In this document: one piece after another, positions 53,011 to 64,000 of the stretch
Layout of the letters: the number at the start of each line of letters is the position of its first letter
Numbering within the stretch: position 1 is the stretch's first letter
Assembly (NCBI GenBank): GCA_051362555.1
Contig: CM120640.1
Span: 59,560,788-59,624,787 of the forward strand
Direction of reading: 5' to 3'
Source of the DNA: Lingula anatina
Taxonomy: Eukaryota > Animalia > Brachiopoda
DNA length: 64,000 bases
The notes under the pieces: generated by a model
Told to the model about the DNA's origin: nothing
The model's input: the letters and a program-made list of their open reading frames with translations, nothing else
Databases searched by the model: none
Position numbers and translations under genes: made by a program

Positions 53011-56000
53011 CTATAATTCTTCAAAATATGCAACTCTGGCTTTGGTGGTTCCTGAACGAATCTGGAACAAAAAAGAAAAAGACAAATAAAAGATTTGTTG
53101 AAAGGCAGAGTTACAGTTTCAACAAAATCAACAAAGCAAAATATCTGAAGACTCAAATAATAACCTTTCTATCTTGTCAAAGAATTCTAGTATCAAAACC
53201 CATTCAATAAAGCCATGTTAATTTAGAAGTACTATCACTTGTATCACAAAAATGTACTCTATATACCTTGTTCATCGTAGAATACTTTGTTTCCCCCATT
53301 TCAGCATTTTCATCATGAATTCTGTCCATCAACGTCTGTTTTTCTTCAACCTTCAGCACTTCAATTTCAGTTTTGAGATCTTTTAACTGCTCTTGCAAGT
53401 GCTTGCTTTTTTCCATGTATTCAACTCTATAATTTAAATACAGAAATAATTCAGACATCTGCATCAATATAATTTACTTGTCTTTCTGCAATAAATTGAA
53501 ACAACCAAGTTTCACTTGTACAAACTTTGTAAACTTCAAAATCACTTGAATTTTACAGCAAATTTTAGTAAAACACAATTTTTCTCTTTTTTTCTATTCT
53601 CTGTGTATATTACTACCTCTCCTTCTCTAGTTCCAAAGACAGCTGGTTCATGTCCTGGGATGATATAAGATCAACATCGCACTCATCTCCATCTGTTAAT
53701 GACACTCGATCATTCCTACTGATGTCCAAGGTGTCCACACTAAGGTCACTTAACTCAGGGGCCACAGGATCATAGTGGTACAAGGCCTAAGAAAGAATAC
53801 ACTTTGTTAGACCTTTATGTATCATCCATGTTTAGGCTATACACAATATATAGTTTATCATTTTTTTTTAAAGATAAACATTAAACATATATTTAGATTA
53901 ATATAACTAGAAGACGGGAATACCTGGTCCTATAGTAACTGTATAAGTTAGTACGGTAGTAGAAATAGCGTTTGAGATTTAAATATTAAACATATGAAGC
54001 ATTTGACACCCTTCAAGAGCTACGAGTTCTTTCACTGACCATAATCAGACAGAAAATACCAGTAATAATTCTAATATCTTACAGAGTAAGGACTCTTTGT
54101 CATTTCACACAATTTATCTTTTGCCAGTTTCTCAGCAAACTTGGCTCTTATGAGCTCTTCTTTCATTTGTTCGGCTTCTTTCACCCTGTAAGTAAAAAGG
54201 AATCATACAGTTGACAAAATATAAATTTCAAACAATTATCTAACCATAATAGCCCAACTATGAACATTTTTTTTGATAGCAATAAGTTGTCATACATCTG
54301 GTCAGCTGAAGTATAAACCACTGCTTGAGTTATTTGAAAATTCAGCTTTCAAATATACTTTTCTAATAAAATATAAGATAGTTTAATATAATTCTCGGTT
54401 TCAATCAAGAAAACTTTACCTTCTTTCTGAATCCTCTACTATTCTTGCAGCAATAATTTCAGCTTCTCTTGCTCGCCTCTCCATCAGCATTTTCTCTTCT
54501 TCAGTCTGTAACAATACAGTAATAATGTGGGGATAGTTAACTACATAGATTGCCTGTGAGTAAAGTGATTTATTAAATATGAACACATTCATGGAGCTTC
54601 AGTCCTACATTTCTATTACATGCAAAAATAGTATTACCCCACCCACCTTTATTGCACTTATTTTGATTCTTTGTATCTCTGCTTCTGCCTCGGCAGCTTT
54701 TTGTGTGAGTAACATAGCTTCTTCTTCTGCAATTCTGGCTTTCTCTGCTAGTAGTTCAGCAGTTTCCTCTGACCTCATCTACAAACAAGAAATCCACATT
54801 CTGCACTTTACTTCATTGGTCCAAATTACACAAACCAGACATGTATATAATTAAATACATAAACAATTCTCCTTAATATCTGAAAATAATAGTACTTAAA
54901 CAGTTTTGGTACTAAATCTTTTCTAAATATCAACACTTCTATTGAATAAATAATATAAAAGCATCTTATTGCTGAAGGATAAACTGAATAATAAACAATG
55001 ACAAAAACAGATGACTGAAAAGATGTCTAACATATTGTGGCTGTACTAACCAAGGCTTCCTTGGCGATTCTCACTTCCTCCTGTAAATGCAGCACCTTCC
55101 TCTCCAGCTCATCTTTATCCCTCACCAGTTCATCCCTCATCTGCTTCTCCCTGGCCAGCCTGGCACGCTCCAGCTACAGGAAACAAACACTTTGTCAGGA
55201 TTCACTCAATCAACATTACACAGTAATAATCTATTTGAAATATATGCTGCATAACCTGACACTATTTCATTCAGAGCTTGATATAAATTACACTGAACAG
55301 CAAAGAAGAAGGGTGTGTGAGATTTATGAATCAACCTATTCAAAAATAGATTCACACTGTCAAAAAGCCACCTAGATGCTGTTGTTTAGTTCAACAGTAA
55401 TGGATGCAATAATCACTATATTCACCAGGCAAAAGATGTTTATAAATCAACAATTGATCAACCTGACATGGAAAAAAACTTACCTGTTTTCTCTGTTTTT
55501 CATCTTTGGCCTGAGCTTTCATCTGCTGTAGTTCCATGGAATCTGGCTTCCTGCGCCTCATGTACAACTCATGATTGCCAACACACAGTTCAAGGATCTA
55601 CAAAGCACAAACATAATCAAAATCTGAAATACCAGTAAACCCTAACAGCCTACTACATGATAACAAATTCTGACAGGTCACATGGTTTCAAATTCTACAT
55701 TTTTACAGTAAAACATGTTACTTTTCCCAGACTTTACGAAAGGCCAAAAATTCCGTCAGACATTCGGTCTGACAAGCTTGAAAATTCTGTCAGACCGAAA
55801 CAAAATCTGTCAGACCGAAGTAAAATATAGAAATGTGAACCATTATTCATGTTTTCATGTGTATTTTCTAACGTTTTAAATCACTGACATTAATTCAAAT
55901 ATTAAATTTTTGATATATATTTATTTGTAAAAAAGTAAAATAAGAAAGAAAAACAAAAAAAAAAAATAGACAAAAAATTACTTGCATAACAAGTTGTTTT

Positions 56001-58184
56001 TTTATTTAATGAAAAAGACGCTGTGGAATGACACAAGGACTAAAAACAATACAAGTATGAAGAATGTGTAGCTAGTAATATCAAATGTATGTCCATAAAA
56101 ACGTCTGTTATTGTTAATCAGATAACGATTTCACACCTTGTTTTTGGCAAAAACATATGCATATTGAAACAGCACAATAAGGCAGTCTCTTTCATCCAAT
56201 TGAAGCTTTTTTCCTCTCCTACAGATCACAAGTCCGCCAGGGCCTACCTTCTTTCCAATTTTAGTAAACTTCCGTTTCTCTTCCTCACTTCGTTTTTATT
56301 TTTTGCCACGCTTTGCATCAACGAAGTGTTTAAAGTTCAACAATGTCATTTTCTAAACAAAAGGCTTATCCATGAGTACTGTGTATGACTGATAATGAAG
56401 AAACAGAGGATCAAGTCTGTAAAAACGCAAATAGCACGAGCAGGTGTTGCAGCCATTTTGTCGTGTAGGGGTATTACGAAAACGAAAACGAGACTGTACA
56501 TTACATCATCCAGGAATCCCCCAACCTCAGCCAGTCACAAAATAGTATTTGTGAGTGAAACTGAGGTTAATAAATTATGTATAATTAGCTGGGAACTCCC
56601 CGAGATTTTCACCCCGTCTCTCTTTTCGAATGTAGTAAAATATATCGTCCAGAAAAGAAACAACAATGTATTCCTTATATTTACACATTCCCAGTCAGTT
56701 TGAAAACTCGCCGGACATACGGTCCGACGATATAGGATTTTTTATCGGACCGAGACGAAATTTGCCAGGCATGTCCGACGGTCCGACGCCTTTCGTAAAG
56801 TCTGTTTTCCAGCTCTCAATTCACTTACCAGTTTGTTCATTCTAAGTTTGGGAGAAAAGAAGACAAAATCTGGTGCTTTTTTGTCCACTGGCTTTATTGT
56901 AAACTGAAAAACAATGAAATCTGGTATCATATGTGAAATTCCCTGATGCAAATTAAGAGATCTCTGCAAATTATGCTTTACTTCTTGTATTTTTTTCTTG
57001 AATTGGTCTCTATTACACTGTCACCTCTTTAATGTACTGCTTTGTATTTCAAGTATTCATTTGTTTTGAATAGTATTTTAAGTATCATTTGTTTGATCAG
57101 TCAATATTTTTTTACATTATTGCTAGGATGAGAACCAACTTCTAATAAGCACACTTACAGTCACTCTTTTTGAAGAGTATGCATAACAAAACACAGTAGT
57201 CCTCTTTAATTCAGCAACACTTCATATAAATGAATAAATAAAAAACAACGCAAATTAGTAATAATACGAGGCAACCAACCTTTTTATCTTTAAATGCTAT
57301 ATTTTTTATCTCACTCCAGGGAAAGGTGACCTTTGGATTTAGTCTGTTTTCACTCTCATAGATATTAAGACCAAGACTGTCCACTCCAAGCCACAGGTCA
57401 GAATCTCTCTTGTTCTGAAGAAGATAATGTCAACATAGTTAAATAAGTTTTATATATATATAAAAGTCCAATGGACATAAATGGTAATTATTTAAAAACT
57501 ACAAAGTTGATTCATTTACAAATACAAAATTTTGTTGATGATACCCAAAAATGATGACTTGAATGTTTAGTTAATCAAATTGGTTTGTCAGAGCAGATGT
57601 TACAGGATGTGGATGAGAATAATGTGAACAATTTTATTCCCTAAATAAAAATTATGACTGTAACTACCATCTTTGTCATAGTTCAATCTAACTCGATTTC
57701 ATTCATTTTCATTAGTCACTCTGTGTCCTATAAATTTTTACCTTTAACTACCTATGACCATGAGTAAAAGTTGTAAAAACTCAAAATTCTGAAAATGTAG
57801 CTTGCAATTTCTAAAAGCATTTAGACCATATGAAAAAAAATGACCAAATGAAGACAAATTTATGAAATCACACATAATCCTTAAACTTTCACCCAATGCG
57901 TATGACAAGAATCTCATATTAATATGCATTCAACTGGGTGTCTCACTTGAACATCAAGACAAATAACACTCCACAATACACAAATAAAAAATATCAACAT
58001 AACATATTATTAAAATGCACTAAAAGAATTAACAATGCACAATACCTGAATGGGAAAATAATTCACACCATACATTTCTAGATCCTGTGCTATTTTCAGA
58101 TATTCCATCTCAGCCTCATCCCTACAATCATTGAAAATGAACAAATTTTTAAAAAAGTTTCTTGTTTCCTAGCATATTTCTACA

Positions 58185-58225
<41 letters not shown>

Positions 58226-60763
58226 GTAGATCTATAGACCTTTGTGACTGCATGACAGAATGCCTGCTAAACATTAATGCCAAGCACAAAACAGCCAAAC
58301 ACTACGAAAACAAACACTGTTTTACTTTCATAACAATAAAAGAGAATAAAAGATTTGAAATGTTAAGAACATTCTTAGGATAAAAATATCCACATACCTT
58401 GTCATCCCCCTGTGGTCTGAGTACCAAACTTTAATCCTCTCCTCCCACATCTCTGGTGTCATCTGATACTGGTCTATCACTCTCTGTGGTAGCAGATCTT
58501 CACTAGACAAGAAGCCAGGCTGGTAAGTTGCTTCATCATAGTCCCCATACTAGAATAATAATAAGAAGGACCAGGAGTGATTTTTTTGGTATATTTTCTC
58601 CAGATAATCAATAATATAATCTCAAAGAGGGCAGCAATGTCACTGGTGAATGGTCTTTTTTTTTCCTCACTGCTGAGAGGTGATCAATGTTAAATATTTT
58701 TATTTACACAAAAACTATGTTTATCATTTATCATGTTTTTTATGTCTGAGAGATCAAAATAGTTTCTGAACATATCACTGTAATTAAAACTTTGTTGGGA
58801 GCTGTTTTCTAAAAAACCGCTATAGTTAAGCCTTTATTCGAAATATTCTATACATGTTTTACCTTTGCTTGTACAGCATATGAAGCCAGCAGAACTGATG
58901 CTTCTGCAGGACAATAAATATCCATATTCAAGATAGATTGCTTGACTTGCAGGAAGAATAAATGTTGAGTGATTTCCTGTATAAGCTCCTCTGAAACATC
59001 TTCCGGGTAAAACTTGGCCAGGAAAGTAAAGGACAGAGGACATTCCTTTGGTACATCTTGCTCAACTACCTGAATATTGACAGAAGTAGAAAAACATGCA
59101 CAAAAAGATCATTAGAACATACTTTCTGTACAAATGTACCTATATCCAAAAGCTTAGAGAAATTACAGCTGGATTTCATCTATACATAACAAGAATCTTT
59201 GTTATGTTAGTAAAGACATGTAGTACACATATACTTACTGAAGTAGGTTATGTCAACAAAAAACATTTAACAAGACATAACATATGCGCCCCAAGTATTC
59301 AAAATACTTGCACTAGAAAATGGTGATTATACCTTTTTCTCATGTTTAAGCCATGCTACATAGCCTTTTGGGTCAACATACTGGAGTCCAAAGTACCATG
59401 TCTCCCGTAGTCCGATTGTTCTACACACAAGATCAAATAGTTCTTGGCCAGTACTCTTTGGCTGAAAAATAGAGAAAAATTACCACCTCACATGTTTACC
59501 TTACTATAAAAACATCAAATTGAAGCTGAATATGCATGTCTGTCCATAAAGAGTAAGACGAAGGACAATGGTTAATTAACTTCATAGTAATCAAAATGTA
59601 AATCAGTTGTTTTAGTAAAAGATTGCATAAAAAGGAGAGGTAAGTTTTGAAGCAGCAGTTTATGTGGATAGTTGTAATAATGAATACATGTAAAATAAAT
59701 AAAACACGCAAAGAATATATGAAGACTGTCCCTATATCAGCATGTCTCTCTTTGCTTTATGATAAGAAATCATATTAGAGTTCATAAAAGAACCTTAATG
59801 ATCAACAGAATTGCCTATTGCACAACAGCAGTCCATTGCCAATCATGTCACTTTTCATTACTATTTATCTTTATTTCTCATTATTTCTCGTCTACATTTA
59901 TCATTCACAACAAAAAGATCATGTTTTTTTGTTGATAAATGAGGCAAGTTTCATGAAAATCTGTTGACTCAGGGTAAATGTATCACTTGGCAAAATGGGG
60001 CGGGCAAAATGGCTTTACCAAATCATCAATATCTATATCCTACTGCAGTGGATAACACAAATAATTACTTTAGACTTAAGTACAGAAAACAAGGAAGACA
60101 ACAATCAGGAGCAATAGGTGATGTGCATTAAATTGTAAATTTACATATTTGTGTTAATAGAATTGCACTACAAATTAATTCAATTGTATAAACCATAAAA
60201 TCAAATTGCTATGTCTAACAAAGACCTAAATTATTCCATGTTAAAAGCATCCCAAGGTTATGGTAAAGATAAAACATTTGAATTTAACAATTTAACATCA
60301 TAAGGGGAAATACAAGACATGACGCAGTCGGAAGCAACCTAGTTAAGAGTAAGTGACGGTTTGACCCGAAAACTGAGCTGTCTTTTTCGAATGTGACTGG
60401 TCAACCACCCAATTTTCATGCCAATCAATTTTCGTTTCCACAACGATCCATGTATGAAACGTTAAAGCTTATATTGTCTCCGTGTTTTACAAAAGGTTCG
60501 TACATGCGGTGTACGGTCAATTTCATCAAATAAATTAATCATTGGGAAAACAACGGGAATTTTTATACGAAGTGTCCAAGGTTTACACTGTGTGTGTAAA
60601 TGGGTGCCATGACGTTACTGACTTGATCATGTAAAGCACATTCAAAAGAAATAATTACCTCTATTTTAAATTCTAGCTCGGCATCCATCGTAGTGATGCG
60701 AACTGGGCAGAGCTTAGAAGCCCCTGCCCTAGTCGCACCCTTCGACATGTTTGCCATCGGCAT
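53011..60763 (-). CDS. NF2: Merlin / neurofibromin 2 (FERM, helical, C-terminal tail), complete
   Basis: 15 phase-consistent exons: 60763-60659, 59461-59333 ([21 protein letters not shown]), 59069-58863, 58549-58398 (YQMTPEM blue box), 58121-58046, 57414-57280, 56903-56829, 55597-55484, 55173-55051, 54778-54647, 54505-54420, 54185-54083, 53786-53617, 53426-53267 ([13 protein letters not shown]), 53061-53011 ([12 protein letters not shown]). The blue box and C-terminus indicate merlin rather than moesin. Confidence 0.97.
55728..56804 (-). mobile_element. Non-autonomous hAT-type DNA transposon in NF2 intron
   Basis: Perfect 17-bp TIR CAGACTTTACGAAAGGC / GCCTTTCGTAAAGTCTG with subterminal GTC(A/G)GACCGA repeats and TTTTCC on both flanks. 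Frameshifted relic [12 protein letters not shown] on - strand resembles hAT transposase N-termini. Confidence 0.85.
58186..58220. repeat. (TAA)n microsatellite
   Basis: Directly visible. Confidence 0.9.
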
Positions 60764-60974
60764 CTCACTCCTCACTCATTTGTTTTCAATATGGAGCCTG
60801 TGAAAGATCAGTCTGGTTCCGTGATATGTTATACATTGCTCATATCACAATGAATTTCATTAAACAAAGTAGAATTAAATAGAGGCATGAATACTATATT
60901 TTAAATAGCTTGAATATAATATACGCGCTTTATTATGTTCAAATGCTCTATTGTTAAAGATAAAAGACGTACCT

Positions 60975-61145
60975 AAGTTCTATTTGAGGAACCAATCATT
61001 TTCAATAATCCCGCGAGAAATTACGCAGCTGACCTTCTTAGCATGCGCATCTGTTTACCTCGAAATTTGGCGCGACTGAAAACATTGCTGATTAAGGATA
61101 TTTTGTCAATTACCATTTTGACGATTATTTAAGGCACAAATCAAA
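60975..61145. promoter_or_regulatory. Bidirectional promoter, NF2 / RPA1
   Basis: Divergent ATGs ~380 bp apart. CCAAT (60992), TCCCGCGAGA (61010), GCATGCGCA NRF1-like (61041) and TTTGGCGCG E2F site (61066-61074). Confidence 0.7.
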
Positions 61146-63745
61146 ATGAGTGTCAGTATGCTTACAGCCGGGGCTATAAGGGTAGGTGTTATTGCTTTTA
61201 ACAGGTTTTTTTCTCTTGTTATCAGAGATACTTTTAAAAAGATTGAAGTTTAGCCGCGACTCGAACGACGAAGTTCTAAAGTCTACAACACAGTGAAAGT
61301 AGCAAGTCTAAACAAGAAAAAACAATCGAAGCATTTTGACACTAACTTAGCTATTATTTTAGGGGCTAGAGATGTTCTTCTTAATCTTAAATGCGATTTT
61401 TATATTTTGTATTTCAGGTTTTATGCCTTCTAATCCATAAACATTAAATGTCAAATTCATTATTATTTTTACACACTGACTGAAAGTAAAAACGACTTTT
61501 TGTGATGTGGTATTCAAACGTAATATGAAAAATATATATTTTGTAACAAAGAAGCTTAAAATTTAGGAATGGATTATTTCGTTTTTGATTAGTTTTTGTT
61601 TCGTTTTGTAGGACATTGTCACAGGAAAGACGGTTGAACAACCAGTTCTACAGGTTTTGGTAAGATTTTTGTTAGTAGTAGTAGTAGATATAAAGTACAG
61701 TCAGAGAATAAGGTTTTTGCATTTTGAACACGTCTTAAATGTGTTTGCAGTTGCAATTCATGCATAACCACTCAATTTTGCATTTTTTATGCACTCTGCT
61801 CTTTTCTACTGAGGGAAATCATTGATTTTACAGATACTATTTTTAAGTCATAATTTCTTTAAATTAGAACATTTCAGTTAAGTCATAGAAACAGAATTTA
61901 AAAGCAGGCTACCCTGAAGTTCTATGCAATAAAAGTACCACAAATGCAATATAGAATTAGCATTTAAATAATGTATCTGCCCATCGAAAAGAATGAGTAA
62001 TTACTGTAGTTTGGTAATGCACGAAAAGTAACTGTTAAATGCTAGTGAATCAACTTTGTTTTGTAGACTCTTTTGCTTCTTTATCACCTTTGAAGTCTTA
62101 CACTGCTGAAAATTCAACCAATTTTATAGTCTACAGTGCTGTGAATAAGATAAGATTCTTCTTGCCAGTTATGCCACCATGAAATCATATAGCCATTGAA
62201 GATTGCCTTGACATTTGACTGACATTTGAATGCAAGGACTTGAACAAATTGTTTCCTTTCCAAATACAAACTACTGTGCAGAATATTGTTCAATGGACGT
62301 TTCGTGGTACTTGTGATCTCGAGAAAAAATTTTCAGTAAACAAAAATTGCTGGCTTTTTTTCAAATTCAAAATTCAGTGGTGGTTTTGAACAGGTTTATG
62401 ATTTCACAGCAGCAAGTTGAGGAAAGCAAAAGATTACAGAGTCCCCAATATGCAGCTGAGTGGATAGCTGGACTTTTAATGTTACTGATATCTTTAACTC
62501 CCATGCAATGGAACATGTTGCACAAAATTAGGAGTTCTAATTAATACACAAATGTCCATGCTGTGTTGGTAGCTACCTTAAAAATTGGAGCTCTGGACAT
62601 GTAGAATAGCTCATCTTATAAATTTCACTTCTTTTTTTGCAGCCCTTCATGAAAGGCAAAGATATTGCATACAGTTCACAGTACATGCAACTTAGTAAAG
62701 AAATTTTAAGATAGATATTATGTTGAATAGATTTATTTTACATTAATGTTGCAACAAAAGAAAAATCTGAAAAAATACTGATCACTTGTCAACATAATGA
62801 AGTATTATTATAGGGATGGGAATTTTTCTCCTTTTTAACAATATTTTCACAATTTTTGTAGGGTCACAAGAAGATTGCAGGAAGTGGTGGATCTGCTACT
62901 GAGCGTTTTCGTCTTCTATTGTCTGATGGTGTAAACAGCCAATCCTGTAAGTTGCAGCTGGAAACTTCCAATTTCAAAAAAAGCCTGACATTCTATAGAA
63001 GTATTAAGAAACCATATACTTGTTTAAATAAGTATAATTCTGTAAATATATATACATTGTACTTTTATTTAAGAAAGTGCAGGATTTTTTTTACCTGTAC
63101 ATATTAACTTTGTGAGATAGAATAATTGACATAGTATACATTTTTGAAAACTGGACATAAGTTTTTTTGTTTATAATATATGCCAGTCTAAATTATTAGC
63201 TTGCATGTCCTTTTATTTAGCCGCTATGCTGGGCACTCAGTTGAATTATCTTGTCCTTAATGGTGAGCTGGAAGATAATTCTATTGTCAGACTGGACAAA
63301 TTCATCTGTAATACTATCCCTCCGGACAGGTAAAGTCCTGAACTTTTTAAAATTATGTCAGTCTAAGACAAACTTCAACCACTTTGATCACAAGTTTGAC
63401 ATTACAGAGACATATATCTTTAGAAATTGTAATGTAAAGAAAACAATTTGAACGCATGATTGTAGAGCAGTAAAGCTAGGAACTTTCTCGTTTTCTTGCA
63501 TTTTGGATATATGATGCATGTTGCACTCAAGCTATTAACATATTATGGTATGTAATGAATTATTCTGCCTCATTTTAGGAGAGTCATGATCCTGTTAGAA
63601 CTGTCCATTATAAAACGAGGTAGTGAGGTTCCTGGCAAGTTGGGCAACCCAGTGCCATTTAAGGGAACAGCTGCAGCAGGGGGAGATGCAAACAGAAATC
63701 CCCCACAGCAGACAAATGAACATGCTGCCAGTAATGGAGCTCCAG
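61146..63745 (+). CDS. RPA1: Replication protein A 70-kDa subunit, N-terminal exons; continues beyond the window
   Basis: Exons 61146-61181 (MSVSMLTAGAIR), 61612-61659 (PVLQVL), 62862-62946 (ERFRLLLSDG), 63221-63328 (AMLGTQLN), 63579-63745 (RRVMILLEL...KLGNP) give the RPA70N OB fold. Confidence 0.93.
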
Positions 63746-64000
63746 GTAACAGGAAGTTGTGTAGAAAGTAGTTTGTACAGGGTGACCCCACGCACGTGTG
63801 CGTGTGCACGCACACACAAATCCACAAATAGTTTTTATTAAATCCTGGTTGGGTCCATCAAATTTCAAGAAATTAGCTGGACTTCAATATATGCATGACC
63901 ATTTCCTAAAGTATTTTCTTGGTTGCTTTGCATAAAAGTTATGTCCTTTTCAAAAATATGTTCCACGTGGCCTCTACAGCATTAGAGGCACACTCGCAAT

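Noticed and set aside
61418-61447. Strong-looking acceptor in RPA1 intron 1 (atttcag|GTTTTATGC) as a poison exon
   Set aside because: No matching donor identified, and such sites are common in AT-rich introns.

Overview
AT-rich, intron-containing animal genomic DNA. The repeat content suggests a lophotrochozoan such as a mollusc, but the species cannot be fixed from sequence alone. Six protein-coding loci were reconstructed by hand from GT-AG splice sites. (1) The 3' part of a UBASH3/Sts (2H-SH3-histidine phosphatase) gene on +, ending in two duplicated, mutually exclusive terminal exons. (2) A - strand gene with one ~3.2-kb coding exon of about 29-30 ankyrin repeats that can splice in frame to a CARD exon. 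(3) UBE2L3 on -, head-to-head with (4) an ApaH-like/Ppn2-type metallophosphoesterase on +. (5) Complete merlin/NF2 on -, head-to-head with (6) the 5' part of RPA1 on +. The 17-36 kb region and the introns hold Tc1/mariner fossils, a LINE tail, a hAT derivative, MITEs and Helentron-like elements with internal tandem repeats. The best candidates for new biology are the modular ANK-CARD locus, the switchable catalytic C-terminus of UBASH3, a possible dual-start ApaH-like phosphatase, and internal evidence that the abundant TACATGTA palindrome is a transposon footprint. All isoforms are predictions from splice signals; no expression data or database searches were available.
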